This document shows, in pieces, positions 12,281 to 23,539 of a stretch of 64,000 nt of DNA (positions are counted from its first letter, which is position 1; each line of letters starts with the position of its first letter). The notes under the pieces are model-generated. The model saw only the letters and a list, made by a program, of their open reading frames with translations. It ran no database searches and was not told the origin of the DNA. The DNA lies in NCBI RefSeq assembly GCF_964204645.1, contig NC_134033.1, positions 16,417,796 through 16,481,795 of the forward strand. The letters are read 5' to 3'. This stretch comes from Tubulanus polymorphus (Eukaryota; Animalia; Nemertea). Made by a program: the position numbers and the translations under genes.

Positions 12281-13884
12281 CTCGTAAAATTCAAGAATTT
12301 TACTTTGTGTGGTGTTGCAACCAAAAAGATCTCCCGATCCAAACTGATTCGAGCACCGAAATCCTCGGTTCTTGAAAAGTAAACTAATTGCTTGGTTTGA
12401 TTATAAACCAAGCCAATAAGTGTTTATTTATAAAACTAGCAACAAAAACACTTTCATGTTTCCTATGATCAATTATCTTAAGATGATATTTAATTATAAT
12501 TGCTCATATATGTTTTACGTCGCGTTCTGTTGTCATGGATGTATATTCGGTTCCAACATCAATCAGTTTAAGTTTAAAGTTGTTATAGGGTTTTTAGTTA
12601 ATGCCATTTTTCATTTCCTAGTAACAATATTGCGCTTAAACCACTTCTGTGTCGGATATCCTTCATTCATTTCAAACTATTCAAACAAACTTCCAACAGG
12701 TCTAAACCGGCAAGACTGATTGGGGTGAAATCAAATTTGGGGGATTTTAATCAAGGGGATTTTACCGGGGGATGGGGGATTTTACCGGGGGATGGGGGGG
12801 ATTTAACCGTTGGATGGGGGGATTTTTACCGTTGGATGATTTATCTGTTACCGGAAGCGATTGCTGTTATGTATGGCTATTTTCCACTTCTCTTGTCTTT
12901 TTTCTGTTTCTTTATATTTTATAGTAAAATTTTTTATCGCAATCAAGAATAGTGACAGAATTGAATTGAATTGAATGTACACAGGCGGCGGGGAAGCGAG
13001 TTGTTTCTACTGGGAACGCTCCGGTGGCAAGCGGTTTGTCGGTAGACTGGTTACCGGTCCCTATCTTCACAATGAATCGTAGACTGGTCACCTGTCCAAT
13101 TCTGCGCCACCTGCATTCGCAGTCAGAATATAGACTGGTTGCCGGTCTCTACCTGTGGACAGGCGACCAGTCTAAAGTCAGAATAGAGACCGGCAACCAG
13201 TTTAATTGAATGGAACAGGTAACCAGTCTAGTTTGCCGGTAAACAATACAATGAAATTAGAACCAACTGTTTTCAGACACGTTTTAGGCGTATTGCTATT
13301 CAGTTTTCATCCAAAGAGTAGTTTCGTTAAAAAGGAAGAGCCATTGGTCAATATATAAATAAAGCTTCGTTTTGATTTAATTGATCCAAGATGGCTGCGC
13401 CCTTGATTTTGAAAATAGTCGCATTGTTTCACCATTGTTTTGAGGCGGAAATTAAGCGATAGAGGAGAGATTTTAGAGTGAATACTTTAGCTGTAGCGGA
13501 AAATAATTTGACCGTTGGTGTCTGGTTTTATAAATTATTCACGTATCTGCTGGAGCCACAAAAAACAGGGACGAGAAGTTGAGAGGAGTGCTGATGCTCG
13601 ACTTTAAAACTGTATAGGCTGGATTGATTTTTATGTGATTTGTGGAGGAGAGAGAGAGAGAGAGAGAGAAGGGTCGTCAGTCGGTCTAGTTAGGCCTATA
13701 TACAAACTTTAAGGTAGGTAGCAAGATTATATGTTAGGGAGCATCTCAAAATTCCAATAGTTCCGTCAATTAGAATAAACTGTCTCTAATTGGTTTCTGT
13801 ATTGGAGTGGCCTAAATGAGAGATTGGCAATTAATATACGGTATTTAGATGGTTAGTCCTATTTAGATCTGGGTGCCTACAAGC

Positions 13885-14312
13885 GGTCATCCTTATTACC
13901 GAGATGATGTATTTTACCGAGATGAACCGAGATGAAATTAAATATAACATATTTATTTATTCCATATTGATTTTAACCATTGAAATCATATTATATCAAT
14001 AATAAATGCCTGCTGGAGTCATATTTTACATATTTTGTTGGATATTTTGTAGAAAAATAACTTTTAACTTTACCGAGATGAGATCGTCGATCAATCAAAT
14101 TCAATGAAATTTTATTCCTAACCGAGTTTACGTATTTGAAGTCAAAATTTTTTTAAATAAAAAAAATGTAAAATATGACTCTATAAGGTATTTATTACTG
14201 ATATAACATGATTTTAAGTGTTAAAATCGATAAGGAATAAATAAATATGTTATATTTAATTTCATCTCGGTTGATCTCGGTAAAATACATCATCTCGGTA
14301 ATAAGGATGACC
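13885..14312. mobile_element. Long fold-back element (~430 bp, arms ~190 bp)
   Basis: ggtcatccttattaccgagatgatgtattttaccgagat ... atctcggtaaaatacatcatctcggtaataaggatgacc; pairing continues inward. Confidence 0.8.
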
Positions 14313-15487
14313 CTCTACAGTTACGGGAGTCTATACCATACGCACTTGCATGCCTTGGAATGAATAAGGTTAGGGTAAGGTTCAGTTATACGTAGATTAG
14401 ATTTCATCAAGCCAGTAGTTGTGTTCACTGTGGTTCAGTGGGTAAAGCACTGGACCACGGTTAGATATTGTTCCTTTGGTTTGATTCAAATCCCAATAAG
14501 CTTATTACATGCACCCCAAACAGGACTCCCGTAACCATAGCTGTTGCGCTCCATTTACTGATTCCTGTAACCATACATGGTTCCCTGTACCTCGTGTTGA
14601 GGCCTTCAGAAAAAAAATACAGCCATTGCCTGTTTGTGAGCTTAACTTATAGACTGTCAGGTGATCATCTCTAGACTACCCAAAAGCAAGGCTCATAGTG
14701 CCCTAACCATGTTTGCCCTCGGTAGGCCCTGTGGCCTGTTTATATTAGTTGACCAGCTCTATAGACTTATCAGAAGCTGGGGTTAGGTGGAAGGTGGAAG
14801 GCCTCCTAGGTGGAAGGCTATTTGCATTATCACCAGTTCCAGATAATCTCCAGCTAGGGTTAGGGTTGCAATGAGCTAACCTTAGGTGGGGGAGACTTTT
14901 AACACAGCAGGTGACCAGTTTTTGGACTAACCAAAAGCTAGGTTTTTAGTAGGCCTAAACCATATTCACCCTAGGTGTGGCCTGTTTCTGTCAGGCGACC
15001 AGCGCATATTTTGATTAAGGCCGCGCCTAGGGTTGTTTTTTATTCTGTCGCATCAGATAACAAGTTCTAAACCAACCTACGTGCACACACCTGAAGACCC
15101 CCTCCGACTAAAACAACGCACTTTAGGCCTGAACACCCGCATTAAAGTGTTACACTTTCATTCACATTAACCCCACTAAAGATGGAAGCTGGTTACGAGG
15201 TCGTAGTTCTGTCGCACGGTGCTTTTAGAGATAGACGTGGTAGAGGCTTACCGAATCTGGGTCCGGATTCACAGTTCTTGGGTCGAATTTGATTCAAGAA
15301 TTATTTCCTTTCTCGTGCTTGTAATTCTAGATTCGAATCTGAACCAATAGAGAACTGTGGATCCGTGAAACTCGAGTTCCTTCTGTTTAAACTAGCACCG
15401 ACCGTCCGGAATCAACGGCCTCAAATCGAGAAAGCTGATTTAGCTAACATCGTTTGATTAGGCAGCGTCCAAATTAGACTACCAATA

Positions 15488-18400
15488 ATGCCCCCGCCTA
15501 AAAAGAAAGCGAAAACTGACGATGGTTCTTCGAATACTGCGGGTGCTGCGGGTGCTGCTGCTGCTGCTGCTGCTGCTGGTGGTACAGATATAATCGAAAG
15601 ACTCGAATTGAGTAAGTATCATCCGATCATAGGTTTCACCATTCTGGCTCTGCAGTTGCTCAAAAGCTGATTGAGAGTTAACCTGTAGATAGTTGACATA
15701 GTGAATATTAAAAGTTCATCGTTACTATGGATGGTATCTATCCGCTGGGGCCGGTTGCATGGTCATGGATTAGACTTAAGACCAGTCTAAGGCCAACTTA
15801 GATCTACAGCCAATCGAACAACTTAAGACCAGTCTTAAGATTTAAGCCCACTTTTGGACTTAAGTCACGACTGTGCAACTGGCCTCTGGTTATCTTTAAC
15901 CAACTGTTGAGCAACAGCAGGCTCTGGGTTGAGTTTGACTTTCTGAAATACACTTATTTCCATTGTTTATTTCTGAGAGTCAAATGTAAACCCGCAACTT
16001 CAGAACTGGGTTCAGAATCGCGATTGTGGTTCTCTTAGAATTCTTTTCCGGTACGCTGATATGTTTGTGTTTTACTCTCAGGTCGAAGTCAGTTCGCAAA
16101 ATCGATCGCCGATTTCAAGTTCAACAAAAAAAGAGTTCGAGTCCTGTCTAAAGCTCAGGATATACCGGACGCGAGTCGAGGCGTCGTCTATTGGATGGCT
16201 CGAGATCAAAGGCTTCACGGTACGTTTTCAGCTGAACTTTTTTTCAAATGACGACAGTTCCACAGTTGCTGGTTGAGTTCGACTCAAGAAAAAAAGTTAA
16301 TTTCAAATGTATAATAGCGTGCTAGGGTCTGATTTCGATCTAACGCTGTGGAACCCCACCCAGTCCTGAACTAGAACTTCGTATTGATATGTTATGATGT
16401 CAATTACAACAGGCTTTAGAGAAGGTTGGGTGGGTATTGTCATTGTATTGTAGATAATTGGGCTGATTTGTATTGTATCATATTGTATTGTAGATAATTT
16501 TGCTGTATTGCGTTGTAGATGATTAGGCTGATTTGCGTTGTAGATGATTGGGCTGATTTGTATTAGATGAAATAACGAGACTCCCACAATATTATAATGA
16601 AAGACAAAATCTGAAAAGGAATTTCTAGGGCCAGTAGTTTATTCGACGTTTCAACTATATTCTAATAGTAATCTTCAGGAATAATGAACGAAGATGACTA
16701 TTAGAATATAGTCGAGACATCGAATAGACTACTGGCTCTAGAAATTATTTCTCGGATTTTGTCTTTCATTATCAATGTAGGATTAGTTATTTTATCATCA
16801 CAACACAGATATAGTGTTTTATCAATGGTGTATTGTATTGTAGATAATTGGGCTGATTAGTATGGTATTGTATTGTAGATAATTGGGCGGTATTGTACGC
16901 TCAGCGTTTGGCGTTGAAGCTGAAGTTACCGCTTCACGTTTGTTTCTGTTTGGTGCCGAAGTTCCTCGAAGCGACGATTCGTCATTACGGGTTCATGTTG
17001 TCCGGGTTACGCGAAATCGAACGCGACTGTCGGCGATTGAACATCTCGTTTCACCTGTTGGACGGCTACGCGAAGGACGTTTTGCCCGATTTCGTGCGCG
17101 ACAACCAAATCGGAGCGGTGATCACCGATTTCAGTCCGCTTCGAGAACCGCAACAGTGGGTGAAAGACGTCACGAAATTGTTACCGAAAAATATCGCGTT
17201 TTGTCAGGTGAGTTATCGATATTCTCTTGTCGACTGAAATACAGAATGTATATAACACAAATATATTTATAACACAAGCTCAGCGTTTCACCAGTGGTTT
17301 CTGAACTAAATTCTGAACTGATCACAAAAGTTTCCTAGTTGTAGCGAGCACCGTAATTCCACAATGGTTCAATTACGTTTTACTCTGTGATTTTAGTTGT
17401 TTTATTCTTTGTTAGGTCGATGCTCATAACGTTGTCCCGTGTTGGGAGGCGTCTCCGAAACTAGAATACGGAGCGCGGACTATCAGGCGTAAAATACAGG
17501 ACCAACTCGGCGAATATCTGACCCAGTTCCCGTCCGTTGCCGAACATCCTCATTCAGCCGATACAAAACCAGAGGTGCGTGAATTCGGCATTGCTTATGG
17601 GGGGAAGGAAGGAGAGAGAAGGGGATCACGAATTGTCCACTTCTCCCTCCTTAGTGTAGTGCTCAAAATTGCAAAACCAGCTAATTCTTACTTAGTGCCG
17701 AGTCCTGGACCAGTTATTGAGAGCGATGGCGCTCATCCTGACCGTTCAAAATGCTGATCACTCTGAACTGACCTTCTATTTATCTTCAAACTCAATTACC
17801 CGGTATCTTAAAGCCAAGTAGTTGAGTTCTTAGCTGGTCTAAAATCTTAAGACTGGTCTTGGTAAGTTGTTAGATTGGCTATAGAACCCAAAATAGTCAT
17901 AGACTGGTCTTGAATTGTTGGATTGGTTATAGAACCCAAATTGCCTTAGACTGGTCTTAAATTGTTGGATTGGCTATCGAACTAAGATGAGCTTAGACTA
18001 GTCTTATATCTAAACTACGACTGTGCAACTGGTACCCGATAAACATTCAATCGCGTTCTGTATTTCAGCCGATTGACTGGGACTCGGTGAAGTCAGGTTT
18101 ACAAGTCGACCGTACGGTCGGTGAGGTTGACTGGGCCGTGCCCGGATCGACCGACGGGTTGCGTACGCTCGACGAGTTCTGTAAAATCAGACTGAAACAT
18201 TTCGGCTCCGATCGAAATAATCCGAATAAAAAGGCGCTGTCGAATCTATCGCCATGGATACACTTCGGTAAGTCGCAACAATCGTCTCAGTTTCACCACC
18301 CGGACTAGTTGAGATAAGACCTGCATTTACGGGGTCCCTAAGACTCCTTGATCCTTAAAAGCTCCTCCTGAACGGAAGATGCTTTTAAAGGTGCTTCAAT

Positions 18401-21400
18401 TGAAATTCCTTTGATTTGAGCATAGAATGCCTGAAACTCCTTAAAACTCTTTCAATTTTGAGAAATAGGCAATTAGAAATTTTTGTCTAGAGGTAGTTGA
18501 AGTTGTATGCCTGAATCAGTACAGTTGGAATCAGGATTTATTTTACCCAATTAGGCGATTAAAAGCCTAAAGATAGGAATTTGCTAACAAAAGCACCAAG
18601 GTGATGGTTAACCGAGATAAACAGTACCGATTTAAGAGGAAATTTTTGTCTAGGTAGTTGAAGTTGTATGCCTGAATCAGTGCAGCTGGAATCAGGATTT
18701 ATTTTTACCCAATTAGGCGATTGCCGAATTAAAAAAGTTAGGAATTTGCTAACAAAAGCACCAAGGTGATGGTTAACCGAGATAAACAGTACCGATTTAA
18801 GAGGAAATTTTTGTCTAGGTAGTTGAAGTTGTATGCCTGAATCAGTGCAGCTGGAATCAGGATTTATTTTTACCCAATTAGGCGATTGCCGAATTAAAAA
18901 AGTTAGGAATTTGCTAACAAAAGCACCAAATTAATGATGGTTTACTGAGGTAAACAGTACTGATTTAAGAGGAGTCAACTGTAACTGGCAAATGAAAGTG
19001 ATGCAGACACTTCCTTGAAATTTTCTCCTTCAGAACTCCTTATATCCAGGAATGACTGTATTTTTAATCTGTGTTTGTTTCGAACCCGTTTTAGGTCAGA
19101 TATCGGTACAACGTTGCGTGCTGGAAGTGAATCAGTATCGCGGTCGATTCAAAGAATCAGTCGATGCTTACGTGGAGGAATCGGTGATTCGTCGTGAGTT
19201 GGCGGATAATTTCTGTTATTACAATCCGAAATACGATTCCATCGAAGGTAAGATTCCACAGTATCCGCAATATCCAAACTATCCAGGTCCCGGGGGCGGA
19301 TCCAGAGGCCAATTTGTCACTTCCCAAAAGGCAAGATCCTCCCCTGGTTCCACAGTTATTCATTGAAATTTGGCCTTAAGTCATGAATCTGTGGAAGTGA
19401 ACTAGTTTTAACTGAAACTGAACTGACAGCTTGGGAAACTTGATCCCGACCTGTAGAAGAATGTCCTGAGTATGTTTCATTTTATACATATCAGGGATTT
19501 TTAGCGCGTGCTATTACGATAAACACCCAGGGGCCAGTTGCTCAAAAGTTGGTTAAAGATAACCGGCAGATAAATACCATAGTAACAATGAACTTTTAAT
19601 TGTCACTATGTCAACTATCCACTGGTTAACTCTAACCAACTTTTGAGCAACTGGCCCCAGGAGTACCGCTTAGGTTTTACCATTTTTTGACGCAGGCCGA
19701 AGAGCCCAGTTGCACAGTCATGACTTAAACTCATAGAGGTCTTAAATCTCCACAATAGTCTTAAGTTGTTTGATTGGCCGTTGAACTAAGATGTTTTAAA
19801 ACTGGTCTTAAACCTAAGCGATGGCTGTACGACTATGATTTGATTAAACCACAGTGTCATTCCGCTGTCATATTTTCTTATTGCTGTGATGGCTGTATGT
19901 TTATAGGTGCGTACGATTGGGCGAAAACATCGTTGAAACTGCATGAAAAAGACGAACGACCGTATTTATACACGAGACAAGAATTAGAAACGGCTAAAAC
20001 GCACGACGACCTGTGGAATGCAGCTCAGGTAAAAACGACGAGAAAACCAATCACTCTCCTTTCGGCGATCAATCTTTACACCCCCGTGCGATGTACATAA
20101 AATTTGAATTTTTAAACCCCCCCCCCCCCTCTGTACGCAAAATCGGCCATTTCTTCATATACATTAAGCATTACAGTGCGCAATTGCACTGACCCCTCCC
20201 CTCCTCTCCCCCTCCCCTAATGTGTGCGTAATAAATGAATGACCCCCATACTGATATATTGCAGTGGTGTATGGTGTATCTTAAGTCGAAGCTTTTAGAT
20301 CCACTCAATTTGCCTTCAACTCATATTTTAGTTGCTGCTGCTCTTAAGGCCAAAAAAAATTGATACCTTGTTTCTCCGCTCTGCTGAGCTTAAATGTTGA
20401 CCCGGCCGGCCGCCTATCTACCCTATACATTACTTTTTTTAAAATCGTGATCAATTTTACCATAACAGACCCGGCCGCTATAGAAATGAACTGTTTATAA
20501 ATTTTATCATATTTTACAAAAATGACCCGGCCGCTGCGGAGAAGCAAGGTATCATTTTTGTTAAGCCTAAAAAAAATTTTTGTTATTTTCATTTTCTAGT
20601 TGCAAATGGTGAAAGAAGGTAAAATGCACGGGTTTCTGAGGATGTATTGGGCAAAGAAGATTTTAGAGTGGACCGAAAGCCCGAAGATAGCGTTAGAGAC
20701 CGCCATTTATTTGAACGATCGATATGAACTGGACGGCCGAGATCCAAATGGATTTGTCGGTAAGAATGAAAATTGAACGCGGTTTATTTCATTCGGGGAG
20801 GGGGGGTCTAAATGTGGTAGAGTGAACTATGCCTTGCTCATTAAGTGTCGAGATAGTTGTAAATATCTAACGGAATTGAGAATCAGGGAACCCGGTAGCG
20901 TTGAGACTGCTGTAAATATTTCACTGAGTTGAGAATCAGGGAACTCGGTAGCGTCGGGACTGCTGTAAATATTTCACTGAGTTGAGAATCAGGGAACTCG
21001 GTAGCGTCGGGACTGCTGTAAATATTTCACCGAGTTGAGAATCAGGGAACTCGGTAGCGTGTTGAGACTGCTGTAAATATTTCACTGAGTTGAGAATCAG
21101 GGAACTCGGTAGCGCGTTGAGACTGCTGTAAATATTTCACTGAGTTGAGAATCAGGAAACTCGGTAGCGTCGGGACTGCTGTAAATATTTCACTGAGTTG
21201 AGAATCAGGGAACTCGGTAGCGTGTTGAGACTGCTGTAAATATTTCACTGAGTTGAGAATCAGGGAACTCGGTAGCGTTGAGACTGCTGTAAATATTTCA
21301 CCGAGTTGAGAATCAGGGAACTTGGTAGCGTGTTCAGACTGCTGTAAATATTTCACTGAGTTGAGAATCAGGGAACTCGGTAGCATGTTGAGACTGCTGT

Positions 21401-23539
21401 AAATATTTCACCGAGTTGAGAATTAGGGAACTCGGTAGCGTTGAGACTGCTGTAAATATTTCACTGAGTTGAGAATCAGGGAACTCTGTAGCTTTAAGAC
21501 TGCTGTAAATATTTCACCGAGTTGAGAATCAGGGAACTCGGTAGCGTGTTGAGACTGCTGTAAATATTTCACTGAGTTGAGAATCAGGGAACTCGGTAGC
21601 GTGTTGAGACTGCTGTAAATATTTCACTGAGCTGAGAATCAGGGAACTCGGTAGCGTGTTGAGACTGCTGTAAATATTTCACCGAGTTGAGAATCAGGGA
21701 ACTCTGTAGCTTTAAGACTGCTGTAAATATTTCACCGAGTTGAGAATCAGGGAACTCTGTAGCTTTAAGACTGCTGTAAATATTTCACCGAGTTGAGAAT
21801 CAGGGAACTCGGTAGCGCGTTGAGACTGCTGTAAATATTTCACTGAGTTGAGAATCAGGGAACTCGGTAGCGTCGGGACTGCTGTAAATATTTCACTGAG
21901 TTGAGAATCAGGGAACTCGGTAGCGTCGGGACTGCTGTAAATATTTCACCGAGTTGAGAATCAGGGAACTCGGTAGCGTGTTGAGACTGCTGTAAATATT
22001 TCACTGAGTTGAGAATCAGGGAACTCGGTAGCGCGTTGAGACTGCTGTAAATATTTCACTGAGTTGAGAATCAGGAAACTCGGTAGCGTCGGGACTGCTG
22101 TAAATATTTCACTGAGTTGAGAATCAGGGAACTCGGTAGCGTGTTGAGACTGCTGTAAATATTTCACTGAGTTGAGAATCAGGGAACTCGGTAGCGTTGA
22201 GACTGCTGTAAATATTTCACCGAGTTGAGAATCAGGGAACTTGGTAGCGTGTTCAGACTGCTGTAAATATTTCACTGAGTTGAGAATCAGGGAACTCGGT
22301 AGCATGTTGAGACTGCTGTAAATATTTCACCGAGTTGAGAATTAGGGAACTCGGTAGCGTTGAGACTGCTGTAAATATTTCACTGAGTTGAGAATCAGGG
22401 AACTCTGTAGCTTTAAGACTGCTGTAAATATTTCACCGAGTTGAGAATCAGGGAACTCGGTAGCGTGTTGAGACTGCTGTAAATATTTCACTGAGTTGAG
22501 AATCAGGGAACTCGGTAGCGTGTTGAGACTGCTGTAAATATTTCACTGAGCTGAGAATCAGGGAACTCGGTAGCGTGTTGAGACTGCTGTAAATATTTCA
22601 CCGAGTTGAGAATCAGGGAACTCTGTAGCTTTAAGACTGCTGTAAATATTTCACCGAGTTGAGAATCAGGGAACTCTGTAGCTTTAAGACTGCTGTAAAT
22701 ATTTCACCGAGTTGAGAATCAGGGAACTCTGTAGCTTTAAGACTGCTGTAAATATTTCACCGAGTTGAGAATCAGGGAACTCGGTAGCGCGTTGAGACTG
22801 CTGTAAATATTTCACTGAGTTGAGAATCAGGGAACTCTGTAGCTTTAAGACTGCTGTAAATATGTTATATGTCCTCAATCGGGGTAGCGTGTTGTGACTG
22901 TCGTAAAAATACAAAAAGGAACATAAGATGTTTATTAAAATTCACCCGACTTGGCGCCAAGATGGCGGGTACAGAATAAGGCGTATGACTAGTTATTAAC
23001 TTCAATATTCAGAGTTAATGAACAAATCCCACAGTTGATGATTTAACCTAAATTTTGGTTTCTCTGATGATGAAGTTCAGTCAAAATTTAGAATCTGTCA
23101 GTAAATTAAATGGTGTAATCGTCAACTGTGGGTTTTGCTCATTGATAATGTGTAGTTAGTCTACTGGACCCAGTCCATAGTTCTATGTAAAGATTTGACT
23201 CAGAGTTAACTACGGTAATTGTAAATGTTAAGGATATGTTTATTCAGAATTGACTCAAACAGAGTCGTGTATTTTCTCTTAATCTATATTTCAGGATGTG
23301 CCTGGTCTATATGCGGCATACACGATCAGGGTTGGGCCGAACGCAGCGTGTTCGGTAAGATTCGCTACATGAACTACGCCGGTTGCAAACGTAAATTCGA
23401 CGTGGCCGAATTCGTCAGGAAATACAAAGCCGTTTCCTATCCGTACAAGAAAAAAAAGGGCAAAACCTCGGCGGATGCGCCAGACGCGTCGCCGGGATCG
23501 CTGGATAAATTCGTCACCAAAAAGAAGCGCTCAAAATAA
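15488..23539 (+). CDS. phr: Class II CPD photolyase (deoxyribodipyrimidine photo-lyase), 542 aa
   Basis: Exons 15488-15611, 16082-16219, 16879-17207, 17416-17574, 18069-18267, 19095-19247, 19907-20028, 20600-20759, 23295-23539; 1629 nt, in frame. Motifs [99 protein letters not shown]. Confidence 0.96.
15748..15885. mobile_element. Second Harbinger-type MITE nested inside a copy of the first
   Basis: TIRs gggccggttgca / tgcaactggcct, flanked by CTG on both sides. Related copies at 38642-38778, ~17820-18035 and ~19703-19830. Confidence 0.75.
16570..16828. mobile_element. Inverted-repeat element carrying two head-to-head degenerate hammerhead motifs (Penelope-like pLTR fragment)
   Basis: Arms ~16593-16683 and ~16690-16772 are reverse complements. 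The motif matches the 69-bp array unit, and the tail (atcacaacacagatat...atcaatgg) matches 5275-5306. Confidence 0.7.
18476..18972. repeat. Tandem triplication, 164-bp unit, in photolyase intron 5
   Basis: gaaatttttgtctag recurs at 18476, 18640 and 18804. Confidence 0.9.
19531..19657. mobile_element. PIF/Harbinger-type MITE
   Basis: TIRs gggccagttgctcaaaagttggtta / taaccaacttttgagcaactggccc with CAG on both sides (3-bp TSD). Related copies at ~5303-5339, 15653-15915 and 27630. Confidence 0.8.
20860..22862. repeat. Intronic minisatellite, 53/55-bp unit, ~37 copies, with a 919-bp higher-order duplication
   Basis: Unit gagttgagaatcagggaactcggtagc(gt)gttgagactgctgtaaatatttcac[t/c]; the identical translations at 21042 and 21961 show the 919-bp period. 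Confidence 0.95.

Noticed and set aside
14425-14495. tRNA gene (also ~24460-24495 and ~30185-30245)
   Set aside because: Only A-box or B-box-like words are present, with no cloverleaf pairing; at most SINE remnants.
14855-14868. Telomeric TTAGGG repeat
   Set aside because: Only about two units; consistent with chance.
21042-22914. ORFs of 76-114 aa on the minus strand
   Set aside because: Translations of the intronic minisatellite.
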